Below, one piece after another: positions 10,666 through 20,495 of a DNA stretch of 64,000 nt. A model generated the notes under the pieces. That model had not been told where the DNA came from, ran no database searches, and saw only the letters and a program-made list of their open reading frames with translations. The stretch is from an uncultured Planctomycetota bacterium (GTDB lineage Bacteria; Planctomycetota; Planctomycetia; Gemmatales; Gemmataceae). The stretch lies in the NCBI GenBank assembly GCA_963849325.1, contig CAWKHF010000009.1, forward strand, positions 96,001-160,000, given 5' to 3'. The stretch's first letter is position 1. Each line of letters starts with the position of its first letter. The position numbers were made by a program, and so were the translations under genes.

Positions 10666-11280
10666 TTACGGCCGTCGGGCTTTTTCCATCTCCCTTACCC
10701 GTTTTTCCAGTCGAGAAACGTCGCGTTCCATCTGCCGAATGCGCTCGCGCTGGCGGACAGCCCCATCCGTACCCGCACGGGTGGCGCCCCCGGACTTCCC
10801 AAACCGGAGGGAAGTAAGTACCTCGACCGAGACTTCTTCCAGTTGGACGATGACATCCTGCTTACGGCCGGCGCGCCGGATCGAGAACGTGACCTCCGCG
10901 CCCGACCCGAGACGCTTGAGCCTGGTGCTCAGTTCCTCCTGGGAGGAGAGGGTCTTGCCGTTGACGCGGGTGATGACGTCGGCGTGGCGCAGGCCGGCCT
11001 TCTCCGCCGGCGAGTCCGCCAATACCTCGACGATGACAACGCCCGCGTCCTCCTTCAGTCGCAAACGTGTCTTCACTCGTCGGCTGATGTTCACGGTGGG
11101 TACGGTGAAAATCCCCAGATACACGGCGTTCTCGACCTCACTCGTGGCGGTCTCCTCCGCGGGAATCGCATTCCCTCGCGTAGTTCCCTTCGACTCCCTC
11201 TCGCCGCCAGCCTCCACGGGGAAGGGCAGTAAGCCGGAAGATAGAGCGAGCAGTCCGATGGAAAAGAGCGATCTCAACAT
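10666..11280 (-). CDS. exported PDZ-domain protein with C-terminal coiled coil
   Basis: signal-like N-term; YLGI...GVVIVEVLADSPAEKAGLRHADVITRVNG; GAGGAG RBS. Confidence 0.85.
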   Translation of the reverse strand: MLRSLFSIGLLALSSGLLPFPVEAGGERESKGTTRGNAIPAEETATSEVENAVYLGIFTVPTVNISRRVKTRLRLKEDAGVVIVEVLADSPAEKAGLRHADVITRVNGKTLSSQEELSTRLKRLGSGAEVTFSIRRAGRKQDVIVQLEEVSVEVLTSLRFGKSGGATRAGTDGAVRQRERIRQMERDVSRLEKRVREMEKARRP

Positions 11281-11481
11281 GGGCTTCTCCTCAAAGGTGC
11301 GTGCGCGGACCTCACCCGGGACGGCGCACGCAGCCAAAAGCCGATCGACCCGGCCATCGGCCGGGTCGGGCGGCGTGGGGGGATAAGGGGGTAGATGTGG
11401 CGGACAGTGCCACGAACGAACCGGAGCGGGCGACGGCACTCAGGCCGAATAGGGTCTGCCCAGCGAACCGAGGGACGGCGA

Positions 11482-11676
11482 TTATTTGCTGCTGGCTTTC
11501 TTCTTCGCCGGCACCTTGGCGCCTTTCTGCCGCGCCTCCGACAGACCGATGGCGACCGCTTGCTTGCGGCTGGTCACCTTCTTGCCGGTCTTGCCGCTTT
11601 TCAGCTTTCCATGCTTGAACTTGTCCATCGCCTCGTGGACGGTCTCCTGGGCCTTCGCGCCGTATTTTCGCGTCAT
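11482..11676 (-). CDS. DUF6496-family small basic protein
   Basis: KFKHGKLKSG...VTSRKQAVAIGLSEAR; AGGAG RBS. Confidence 0.88.
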   Translation of the reverse strand: MTRKYGAKAQETVHEAMDKFKHGKLKSGKTGKKVTSRKQAVAIGLSEARQKGAKVPAKKKASSK

Positions 11677-11741
11677 GGGTCTCTCCTGTTCCTGGATGGC
11701 TCCCCGGTCGCATCACGTTTTGCGACTCCGCAGAGATGTTA

Positions 11742-11757
11742 TTCAAATCTGGTGCCA
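11742..11757 (-). promoter_or_regulatory. sigma54-type promoter TGGCACCAGATTTGAA (-12 variant GA)
   Basis: perfect -24 box and correct spacing, 66 nt upstream of the DUF6496 gene. Confidence 0.6.
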
Positions 11758-11868
11758 ATTTTCCTCATCCGGCGGAGGAACTCCCCTCGCCTGGTAGGAC
11801 GGCCGTGCGGGATCGTATGATGAGGGAAGCAAACATGGACCCGAAACTCCAGACAAGACCCACGACTC

Positions 11869-14736
11869 ATGGCACGTTACCTGATCGGCATTGACCTGGG
11901 CACGACCAACAGCGCGCTGGCGTACCTCGACTTGCAGCATCCGCGGCGCGGCGACCGGCTGGACATCAAGCCGTTCCCTCTCCCGCAGCTGGTGGCGGCC
12001 GGCGAGGTCAAGGAGCGGCCGCTGTTGCCGTCGTTTTTGTACCTGCCGGGCCAGCACGACTTACCGCCGGGAGCGACCGCCCTGCCGTGGGACGCCCAGC
12101 GCGGCTACGCCGTCGGCGAGTTCGCCCGCAACCACGGCGGAAAGGTGCCCGGCCGACTCGTCAGCTCGGCCAAGTCGTGGCTGTGTCATGGCGGCGTCGA
12201 TCGCTCGGCCGGCCTGCTGCCGTGGACCGCGCCGCCCGATGTGCCGCGCGTTTCGCCCATCGAGGCATCGGCCCGCTATCTGCGACACATGGTCGAAAGC
12301 TGGAACCACGTCATGGCTCAGGGCCGGCCCGACGATCGGCTGGAGAAGCAGACCGTCGTACTGACCGTGCCGGCGTCGTTCGACGACGTCGCCCGCAACC
12401 TGACGGTCGAGGCGGCGCGCAAGGCGGGGCTGGAAGAGTTGGTCCTGCTGGAGGAACCGCAGGCGGCGTTCTACTGCTGGCTGGTGACGCACTCGGCGAC
12501 CGAGGCCGCCTCCCTCAAGCCGGGGACGCGCTGCCTGGTCGTGGACGTCGGCGGCGGCACCAGCGATTTCAGTCTCATCGAGGCGGTCGAGCAGCAAGGC
12601 GAGTTGGGCTTCGTGCGCCAGGCCGTCGGCGATCATCTGTTGCTGGGCGGCGACAACATGGACCTGGCCCTGGCCAAGTTTGTCGAGACGAAGTTGCCGG
12701 GCGCCGGCCGACTCGACGCGGTGCAATACGGTCTGCTGACGCAAGCATGTCGGTTGGCGAAGGAAACGCTGCTGAGTCCGAACGCGCCGGAGAGCCACAC
12801 GGTAACGGTGATCGGCCGAGGCCGCGCCGTCATCGGCGGCACCTTGCACACGAAATTGACGCCGGCGGACGTGCGGCAGGTGGTCCTCGATGGTTTCTTC
12901 CCGGTGGTGCCGTCCGACGCGGCCCCGCAGCGCGGCGCCCGCGCCGGTCTGCACGAAATGGGTCTGCCTTACGTCAGCGATCCGGCCATCACGCGCCACC
13001 TGGCCGCCTTTCTTCAACATCAATCCGCGCCCGGCGCCGGTGCGCCGACGGCGATCCTGTTCAACGGCGGCGTCTTCCAGCCGCCGGCCCTGCGCCAGCG
13101 CGTCGTCGAGGTTCTGCGCCAGTGGTACGATCGACCGGAGCACCCCTGGCAGCCGCTGGCCTTGACGAACCCATCGCTGGACCTGGCCGTCGCCTGGGGA
13201 GCGGCGTACTTCGCCTGGCTGCGCCACACCGGCGGCCGTCGCATCGGCGGCGGCATTGCGCGTTCCTACTACGTCGGCGTCCAACAAGCCCGGAGCGCCA
13301 GCGACGGGGCAGACGAGGCGATCACGGTGGTTTGTGTAGTGCCGCAGCACATGGAGGAGGGGCAGGACATCGTACTGGACAGGCCGGAGCTGGAGCTGGC
13401 CCTGGGACAGCCGGTGATGTTTCCGTTGTACACCTCGACGGTGCGCGGCGACGACCGTGCCGGCGACCTGCTGACGGTGGCGCCGGACCAACTCTTGCGC
13501 ATGCCGCCGCTTCATACGGTCCTGCGGGGAGGCAAGCGCAGCGGCACCAAATCGGTGCCGGTGACGCTGGCGGCGCGCTCGACGGCCATCGGCACGCTGG
13601 AGTTGTTCTGCGTGGCCCGCGACGGTGCCAACCGCTGGCGACTGGAATTCAACGTCCGCGACCTGGTGCAAGACTCGCCTCCGCGCGGCGAGGCCGACGG
13701 CGACGCGGAGCCGACCGTCACCGACGTTTGGCCGGAGGCCCAGGTGCAGGAAGCCGGCCGGCTTATTCGATCCGTGTACCCTGTCGCCGCACCCGTGGAG
13801 ACGAGTGACAATCCCTTGACACCACAGGAACTGACGAAAGCGCTGGAGTCGGCGCTGGACGCGCCGCGGCACGCCTGGCCGACCGGACTGTGCCGCCGAC
13901 TATGGGATTTTCTGTCCGAGGTCGCCGAGGAGCGGCGCCGCTCACCGTCGCACCTGAGCCGCTGGTACAACCTGACCGGCTACTGCCTGCGCCCCGGCTT
14001 CGGCGATCCCCTCGACAAGTTTCGCATCGAGCAGCTGTGGAAGATGATGGCCGCGCCGCCGCGCGCCGACGCCGGCAAGGGGGCACGAGGGACGGCGCCG
14101 CGCTTGACCGAGACGGGCGCCGACGCCTGGATCATGTGGCGGCGCGTGGCCGGCGGACTGCACTCGACCCTGCAACAAGCGCTATACGATCGACTGCGCC
14201 CGGTACTGCTGCCGGCCAAGGGCAAGGCGTTTGCCCGTCCCGGAGCCAATGAGTTGGCCGAGATGTGGCGGGCGGCGGCCGCCTTCGAGCGCCTCGACGT
14301 CAAGCACAAGGAAACCCTCGGGGCCGCCCTGCTCAAACCGCTGCGACGCAGTCCTGTGCCCACCTACGGCTTCTGGGCGCTGACCCGTCTCGGAGCGCGA
14401 GCACTTCTGTATGGGCCGCTTAACGCAGTCATGCATCATCAGGTCGTCGAGAAGTGGCTGGAATCGATCTTACCGTTCCAGCCAGGCAATCAGAGCGAAC
14501 GGTTGGCCTGGGCGTTCTGCCTGACGCAACTGGCCCGCCGCACCGGACAACGCGCCCTCGACATTGATGACACTCATCGACAGAGCGTGCTCGACGTGCT
14601 GCGCGGCCAATCCATCCCGGATCACTGGCGGCGCATGGTTGAGGAAGTATCGGAAATGGAGCGGGAAGAACAGGGGCAGATGCTCGGCGATTCGCTGCCC
14701 ATCGGTCTGCGCCTGCTGCCGGCGCAAAAAGAGTAG
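11869..14736 (+). CDS. Hsp70/DnaK-like protein with DUF3731-type C-terminal domain
   Basis: GIDLGTTNS, TVPASF, EEPQAA, VDVGGGTSD, LLLGGDNMD; GYCLRPGFGDPLD. Confidence 0.92.
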   Translation: MARYLIGIDLGTTNSALAYLDLQHPRRGDRLDIKPFPLPQLVAAGEVKERPLLPSFLYLPGQHDLPPGATALPWDAQRGYAVGEFARNHGGKVPGRLVSSAKSWLCHGGVDRSAGLLPWTAPPDVPRVSPIEASARYLRHMVESWNHVMAQGRPDDRLEKQTVVLTVPASFDDVARNLTVEAARKAGLEELVLLEEPQAAFYCWLVTHSATEAASLKPGTRCLVVDVGGGTSDFSLIEAVEQQGELGFVRQAVGDHLLLGGDNMDLALAKFVETKLPGAGRLDAVQYGLLTQACRLAKETLLSPNAPESHTVTVIGRGRAVIGGTLHTKLTPADVRQVVLDGFFPVVPSDAAPQRGARAGLHEMGLPYVSDPAITRHLAAFLQHQSAPGAGAPTAILFNGGVFQPPALRQRVVEVLRQWYDRPEHPWQPLALTNPSLDLAVAWGAAYFAWLRHTGGRRIGGGIARSYYVGVQQARSASDGADEAITVVCVVPQHMEEGQDIVLDRPELELALGQPVMFPLYTSTVRGDDRAGDLLTVAPDQLLRMPPLHTVLRGGKRSGTKSVPVTLAARSTAIGTLELFCVARDGANRWRLEFNVRDLVQDSPPRGEADGDAEPTVTDVWPEAQVQEAGRLIRSVYPVAAPVETSDNPLTPQELTKALESALDAPRHAWPTGLCRRLWDFLSEVAEERRRSPSHLSRWYNLTGYCLRPGFGDPLDKFRIEQLWKMMAAPPRADAGKGARGTAPRLTETGADAWIMWRRVAGGLHSTLQQALYDRLRPVLLPAKGKAFARPGANELAEMWRAAAAFERLDVKHKETLGAALLKPLRRSPVPTYGFWALTRLGARALLYGPLNAVMHHQVVEKWLESILPFQPGNQSERLAWAFCLTQLARRTGQRALDIDDTHRQSVLDVLRGQSIPDHWRRMVEEVSEMEREEQGQMLGDSLPIGLRLLPAQKE

Positions 14737-14764
14737 GTCGGAGAGCGATTAAGGAGGATTCCCT

Positions 14765-15559
14765 ATGCCCTCACCATTCCCCGGTATGGACCCGTACCTG
14801 GAGACGCCGCATCTGTGGCCTGACGTGCATAGTCGGCTGATCAGCGAAATCCAGAGCTTCTTGAATCCGGCCTTGCGGCCGCGCTACGTCGCCCGGGTCG
14901 AACTGCGCGTCTATGTCTCGGACGAAGACGATCCCGGAAAAGAGTCTCCCCGCATCCCAGATGTCCGCATCGATCGGACCACGAAACGCAAGGGGGCGAA
15001 AGCGACGAAGGGGGCGGAGACTGTCGCCGTCGCCGAACCGCTGACCATCCCTTTTCTGGTCGAAGACGAAATCGAAGAAGCCTTTCTGGAGATCCGGCAT
15101 CTCGAATCGAAGACCACCGTCACGGTCCTGGAAGTCCTCAGTCCGTCGAACAAGGTTCGCGGCTCAGCGGGTCGGAGGAGTTTCCTGGCCAAACGGCGGC
15201 AAGTCCTCGCCTCGGAGGTCCACTGGGTCGAGATCGACTTGCTGCGAGCGGGCGAGCTGTCCCTGGCGCGGCTGGCCGCGGCGTCCAGCGATTACCGGAT
15301 CGTTGTCTCGCGCGGTGAAGACTGGCGCCGCGGCCAGTTCTGGCCCGTGAACGTGCGCCAAGCCCTGCCGTTCATCGGCATTCCGTTGCGCGGCAAGGAT
15401 CCGGACGTACCCCTCGATCTGAACGCCGTGCTGCGCGCCGCCTACGACCATGCGGCCTACGATCTGTCGATCGATTATCGCCGCGAGCCGTCGTCGCCAC
15501 TGTCGCGCGCGGACGCCGCCTGGGCCAACAAGGTGCTCCGCGAACACGGCTTGCGCTGA
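14765..15559 (+). CDS. DUF4058 family protein
   Basis: MPSPFPGMDPYLE, EVLSPSNK, VEIDLLR, IPLR..DPDV.LDL. Confidence 0.92.
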   Translation: MPSPFPGMDPYLETPHLWPDVHSRLISEIQSFLNPALRPRYVARVELRVYVSDEDDPGKESPRIPDVRIDRTTKRKGAKATKGAETVAVAEPLTIPFLVEDEIEEAFLEIRHLESKTTVTVLEVLSPSNKVRGSAGRRSFLAKRRQVLASEVHWVEIDLLRAGELSLARLAAASSDYRIVVSRGEDWRRGQFWPVNVRQALPFIGIPLRGKDPDVPLDLNAVLRAAYDHAAYDLSIDYRREPSSPLSRADAAWANKVLREHGLR

Positions 15560-15590
15560 ACGGTCGCGGCTCGGTTCGTTCCGCTCGCGT

Positions 15591-16028
15591 TCAATGCCAG
15601 CGGGCGAAAGCGTTCTCGCCGCTGGTGTAGGTGATCTCGCCATGAAGCACGCCGCGCACGGAGAGCAACTCCTCGCCGAGATGACGCACCTCGGTCCCCG
15701 GGCCGCGCAGTACCGATACCTCCAGGCAGTGCCGCTCGCCCAGGTGGACGTGCAGGCTGGATACCACCAGATGGTGGTGATGGTGCTGCTTGTCGATTAG
15801 CCGGGCCGCCAGTTCGCGGGCATGGTGGTCGTAGACGAGCGTGAGGACGGCCACCTGCTCGCTCGTCTCGTCTTGCTCGCCCTGGGACTCTTCCCGGACG
15901 AGGTGATCGCGGATGAGATCGCGGATGGCTTCGCTGCGCGTAGCGTAGCCGCGCGCCGTGATGCTGCGATCGAATGCCGTCAGCAGCACGTCTTCCAGGG
16001 AGATGCTAATTCGCGTCAGGTCCGCCAT
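15591..16028 (-). CDS. nikR: nickel-responsive transcriptional regulator NikR
   Basis: RHH (RISISL...RSEAIRDLIR), YDHH and HVHL...HCLEV nickel site. Confidence 0.93.
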   Translation of the reverse strand: MADLTRISISLEDVLLTAFDRSITARGYATRSEAIRDLIRDHLVREESQGEQDETSEQVAVLTLVYDHHARELAARLIDKQHHHHHLVVSSLHVHLGERHCLEVSVLRGPGTEVRHLGEELLSVRGVLHGEITYTSGENAFARWH

Positions 16029-16282
16029 TTGTCCCTTGTTCCCTCGATTATCCCCGAGCGCGTCTCTTTATCATTGTCCGCGACCGCGTGACGAATTGCC
16101 AGAACGAACCGCGGAGGAGCCGCGTCATCTCGGCGGCGCGACGGACTATCCTACGCAATCCGGACAGAACATGCGAACAGGCGCCGAAACGCGGGGAACT
16201 TTTCCGATTCGTTCTCTCTCCGCTTGAAGGGAGAGAATAATTCCAGGGTGTCACGATCCTTCCCCGACCCACGGCCGTGTTC

Positions 16283-16957
16283 ATGTTGAGAATGTCCGGA
16301 GGCTGCGGGGTTCCGATTTTGGCCGCATGGATGCTGCTGCTGGCAGCGCGGCCGGGGTGGACGGGCGAACGCCATTACCTCCTCATCTTCGGCGCGCAAT
16401 CGCACCCGAAACTGCCCCGCTACACGCATACCTTCGCCACGTTCGTCAAGGTCGGCGACTGCCCAGCCGACGGCGCAGCGCCGCCCTTTCATGCGTACAC
16501 GATCAGCTGGTTGCCTCAGACGTTGAAGGTCCGGCCCTTCCGCTGCTCCAATGAGCCGGGGGTGAACCTGGACCTGGAGACGACCTTGCGCTGGGCCGGC
16601 GCCAACCGCATGCGCGTGTCCGAATGGGGACCATACGAGATCGAGGGCGAGTTCTGGCACCTCGTTTACAACGAATATCTGCGGATGCAAAGCGGCATCT
16701 ACCGCTACAAGGCCATTGATCCCTTCACGCGCGGCTCGTTGACTACCGACTGCATCCACGCCGTCTCCGACGTAGATTACCGCCACAGCCGCGCCGAATA
16801 TTTCTTCGTCCGCAACGGCGACCCGGCCAGCCGCCACCTCGTCTTCGTCCTGCTCGACCGCGAGCGCGTGCTCGCCGATCACGGCGACCTCTCCTGGCTG
16901 AACACGGCCCTGGGGTTGGATCCCTATCCGATTCAACGGCGGCGCGACCCCAGATAA
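16283..16957 (+). CDS. hypothetical exported protein
   Basis: signal-peptide-like N-term and GC3-biased coding; HTFATF, ISWLP and DCIHAVSD segments. Confidence 0.75.
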   Translation: MLRMSGGCGVPILAAWMLLLAARPGWTGERHYLLIFGAQSHPKLPRYTHTFATFVKVGDCPADGAAPPFHAYTISWLPQTLKVRPFRCSNEPGVNLDLETTLRWAGANRMRVSEWGPYEIEGEFWHLVYNEYLRMQSGIYRYKAIDPFTRGSLTTDCIHAVSDVDYRHSRAEYFFVRNGDPASRHLVFVLLDRERVLADHGDLSWLNTALGLDPYPIQRRRDPR

Positions 16958-17073
16958 GGCTCGGTGGGTAGCCGTTCCAAACTACGGTTCGCCCCGAATC
17001 GGCTCCTCGCATCCGCTATAATCCTTTTCTCCCTCTGGTCAGGGTTCGTTGGGGAAGAGGCGGCGGCGCGGAC

Positions 17074-18318
17074 ATGGCGGACGAGGTTTGGGACATCGTG
17101 GTGGTCGGCGCGGGGGCGGCGGGGCTGATGGCGGCCATCCGGGCGGCGGAGTGCGGCCGGCGCGTGCTGGTGCTGGAGAAGAACCGCAAGCCCGGCGTCA
17201 AGATCCTCATGTCCGGCGGCACGCGCTGCAACCTGACGCACGCCACCGACAACCGCGGCATCGTCGAGGCGTTCGGTCCGCCCGGCCGCTTTCTTCACTC
17301 GGCGCTGGCCGCCCTCAGCGTCCAGGACACGGTGGACTTTTTCGAGTCCGAGGGCGTCGCCACCAAGGTCGAGGAGACCGGCAAAATATTCCCGGTCAGC
17401 AACAAGGCGCTAGACGTACTCGAAGCCTTGCTGCGGCGGTTGCGACGGAGCGGGGCGGTTCTCGCCTTGGAGGAGCCGTTGCGCGACTTGCAAGTACGTC
17501 CGTCCGGGTTCGCCCTGACGACGCCACGGCGCATCCTCGACGCCAAACACGTCATCCTCACGACGGGCGGCCAATCCTATCCGGGCTGCGGCACGACCGG
17601 CGACGGCTACGACCTCACGGTTCGACTGGGACACACAATCGTGCCGCCACGGCCGGCACTGGTGCCCGTGACGGTCTCGGATCGTCGGGTGCTCGACCTG
17701 CGCGGCGTCACCCTGCCGGACGTGGCGGTGCGCGTTGTCGAGGACAGGAAGTCACTGATCTCCCGTCGAGGCTCTCTGTTGTTCGCGCACTTCGGACTGT
17801 CCGGCCCGGTCATTCTCGACCTCAGCCGGGTCATCAGCGGACACGCCCGGCCCGAGACGCTGGCCCTGGAAGTGGACCTGCTGCCCGGCATCGCCGAGGC
17901 CGCTCTCGACGAACACCTGCGCGTGGAGACGGCGGCGTCCGGCAAGAAACAGTTGGCGGCCGTGCTGGCCGTTCATCTGCCGCGCCGGCTCTGCGAAACG
18001 CTGCTGGAGATGGCTGGGCTGCCGGCCGACCGCAAGGCAGCGGCGCTGAGCCGCCCTGACCGCGTCCGTTTGGCCGCCACCGTCAAGCGTCTGCACCTGC
18101 CGGTGACGGGCACTCTCGGCTTCGGCAAGGCCGAGGTGACCGCCGGCGGCGTCGCCCTGGAGGAGGTCGATTCCCGCAGTCTGCGCAGCAAGCGCGTGCC
18201 GGGCCTGTTCCTCGCCGGCGAACTGCTCGACCTCGACGGGCCAATCGGCGGCTACAACTTCCAGGCGGCCTGGAGTACCGGCTGGCTGGCGGGACAGTGG
18301 GCCGCAGAGGACGATTGA
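17074..18318 (+). CDS. HI0933/BaiN-family NAD(P)/FAD-dependent oxidoreductase
   Basis: GAGAAG, KILMSGGTRCNLT, VTAGGV, GPIGGYNFQAAWSTG. Confidence 0.93.
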   Translation: MADEVWDIVVVGAGAAGLMAAIRAAECGRRVLVLEKNRKPGVKILMSGGTRCNLTHATDNRGIVEAFGPPGRFLHSALAALSVQDTVDFFESEGVATKVEETGKIFPVSNKALDVLEALLRRLRRSGAVLALEEPLRDLQVRPSGFALTTPRRILDAKHVILTTGGQSYPGCGTTGDGYDLTVRLGHTIVPPRPALVPVTVSDRRVLDLRGVTLPDVAVRVVEDRKSLISRRGSLLFAHFGLSGPVILDLSRVISGHARPETLALEVDLLPGIAEAALDEHLRVETAASGKKQLAAVLAVHLPRRLCETLLEMAGLPADRKAAALSRPDRVRLAATVKRLHLPVTGTLGFGKAEVTAGGVALEEVDSRSLRSKRVPGLFLAGELLDLDGPIGGYNFQAAWSTGWLAGQWAAEDD

Positions 18319-18445
18319 GCCGTTTTTTCCGCGCCGACGGAACTTTTGTCGGCGGGAGGGGTCTAATGTTCCGGATTCCCGCCCGAGAGGCTGTGCCTCG
18401 AATTCTCTCGTGAACGTCTGTCCTCTTGAAGTACAGGGATCGCAC

Positions 18446-19378
18446 ATGCTCCTGCGTCACGTTCCGATTGGTTTTTTCCTGCTGATTTGTGGGGGACTGG
18501 CCTCGGTCGAGGCGGCCGCTCCCAATCCCAAGGCGAAGCCCAAAACTGCCCAAACCCTGCCGTCCGTCGATGGCGATAAACTGCCGCCCGGACAGTTCGC
18601 CGGCACCGTCGTCAATTTGCCCGGCAGCGATCGCATGTTCACTCTTAAGATCACCTATCCCGAAGTGCGTCTCAAGCCGGGCGCGAAGATGCCCAACCTG
18701 AACAACATGCACGCTCGGGGCATGCATCAGACCCTTCAGCAGATGCACCAAGCCCAGCAGACGCGCGGCGGCCGCGGTTATCATCGCGGAGGGCATTATT
18801 CCGCCCTCAGCAACATGATGCACATGCAGCAGATGTACGTGCAGGGGCAGCAGAGGATGGCGCAGGCGATGGCGCGGGCCCAACAAAAGGAACTCCAGCT
18901 CTTACAACAAGAGATCCGGGCCATCCAAAATATGTATCAGGTCGTTCCGGCGACGCGCAACTTCGATTTCCAGGCGGAGGAGACCGTCAAGGTGCGCATC
19001 AAGGACTTGCCCGAACAGTTCGACGACAAGGGCAACATCAAGAGCTATACCGCGCAGGAGAAGTCCGAGCTGAAAGGCAAGGACAAGACCCTGGTCGGCT
19101 ACGAAAGCTCGATCGACAACCTCAAGGTTGGGCAGATCGTCCTGGTTTCGCTTCGCGTCCACAAGGATCCCAAACCGGCGAACAAACTCATCGCCTCCGT
19201 CGCCAGCAATAAGGACCAGGACGCCGACAAGGACAAAGACGCCGAGAAGGACAAGGACAAAGACGCCGATGCTTCGGTCCAACACAAGATGCAGGTGCGT
19301 TTGATTCTGATTGTCAAGGACAGCGATGCGCCGCAGTACTCGACGACGGCGGCGCCGAAGAAAAAGAAGAACAAGTAA
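18446..19378 (+). CDS. hypothetical exported protein with Q/M-rich insert and DKDA repeats
   Basis: signal peptide and strong codon bias; no recognised domain. Confidence 0.75.
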   Translation: MLLRHVPIGFFLLICGGLASVEAAAPNPKAKPKTAQTLPSVDGDKLPPGQFAGTVVNLPGSDRMFTLKITYPEVRLKPGAKMPNLNNMHARGMHQTLQQMHQAQQTRGGRGYHRGGHYSALSNMMHMQQMYVQGQQRMAQAMARAQQKELQLLQQEIRAIQNMYQVVPATRNFDFQAEETVKVRIKDLPEQFDDKGNIKSYTAQEKSELKGKDKTLVGYESSIDNLKVGQIVLVSLRVHKDPKPANKLIASVASNKDQDADKDKDAEKDKDKDADASVQHKMQVRLILIVKDSDAPQYSTTAAPKKKKNK

Positions 19379-19455
19379 GTCGGAAGCCATTCGGTGATGG
19401 GGCCGTTCGCGGCGGAAGGCGAAGCCGCGAGCGGCCACGTTGTTTTTCTCTCTGG

Positions 19456-20379
19456 TCAGTGGTTCAATTCCAGTCCCAGGTAAAGCTGCATGTTATCGGT
19501 CGAGACGGTTCGCTGATCGAGCATTCCCGTCCATTGGTGCTTGGCGCCGACCTTGAACTTGCCGCCGCTGCCGACGGGAACGGCCAGGCGAACGTCCTGG
19601 TTGATCGTGTCTTGCTGAAGGGGCGTCAGGGACGGCGTGGCGCTGCCTTGGTACTCCAGACCGATGCCGTACAGCAGAGGCCATCGGCCCTGTACCTCCA
19701 GCAGCCAGTCGGAGCGCCCCTGGGTGCGCACGGGGTGGAGGGGATCGGTGTAGCTGACGCCCGGTCCACTGCGGAAGGTGAACTCCGCCAGCGAGCCGAC
19801 CGGCAGCTTGCAGGCCAGGCCGGTACGGCCGCTGACCTTCATGTTGGACTGGCCGGCCTCGTCGCTGTTGGCGCCGACCTGGCCGAAGACGGAGAGGGGG
19901 CCGGCGACGCCCAGCTGCCAGGAATCGTTCGTCTGCCAGGTGCGCTTCCAGGACGGATCGTCCCAAACCTTCGCCACCGGGGCGTCGGTCACCTCGACCT
20001 GGGAATTCAACGAACCCAGCAGTCCCGCACTCGTTTGGCTCACCTTTCGCGGCTTCTTGTCGGGCTGCTCCCAGGGACTGAGCGTCGAGGCGTCGGTCCC
20101 TCCGGCCGGCGCAACCGAGTCGGGATCGAGGCCGGCTTGCGCCGGCAGAAGACGAGGTGCGCCGAAGCCGGACGAGTCCGGGGCCAACCACGGATGAGGG
20201 TTCGTGGGGTCGAGTCCGGAGGCCGAAGCGTTCGACTGGGCGGCGTCGGAGTAGGTTTGCCAGAGCGTGAGAAGATCGTCCGCCGGGTCGGGACATTCGT
20301 CGGCACGCAGGCAAACGTCGAGGGTCGTCAACAGCGGAAGGCAGAGAAGAACGAGCCAGGATCGGCGCTCGATCGACAT
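19456..20379 (-). CDS. hypothetical exported protein, C-terminal half beta-strand-like
   Basis: signal peptide; alternating hydrophobic strands ending QLYLGLELNH. Confidence 0.7.
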   Translation of the reverse strand: MSIERRSWLVLLCLPLLTTLDVCLRADECPDPADDLLTLWQTYSDAAQSNASASGLDPTNPHPWLAPDSSGFGAPRLLPAQAGLDPDSVAPAGGTDASTLSPWEQPDKKPRKVSQTSAGLLGSLNSQVEVTDAPVAKVWDDPSWKRTWQTNDSWQLGVAGPLSVFGQVGANSDEAGQSNMKVSGRTGLACKLPVGSLAEFTFRSGPGVSYTDPLHPVRTQGRSDWLLEVQGRWPLLYGIGLEYQGSATPSLTPLQQDTINQDVRLAVPVGSGGKFKVGAKHQWTGMLDQRTVSTDNMQLYLGLELNH

Positions 20380-20432
20380 GACACCCCTCGAAACGATCTC
20401 AGCGGGGGTTAGCAGAGGGCAGAGGAAAAATC

Positions 20433-20491
20433 AATGCGGAATGCAGAATGCAGAATGAAAGACAGGTTTCTTTTATTCTGCATTCTGCATT
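20433..20491. repeat. inverted heptamer tandem arrays (AATGCAG)n ... (ATTCTGC)n
   Basis: directly visible just downstream of the aldolase stop. Confidence 0.85.
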
Positions 20492-20495
20492 GGTG

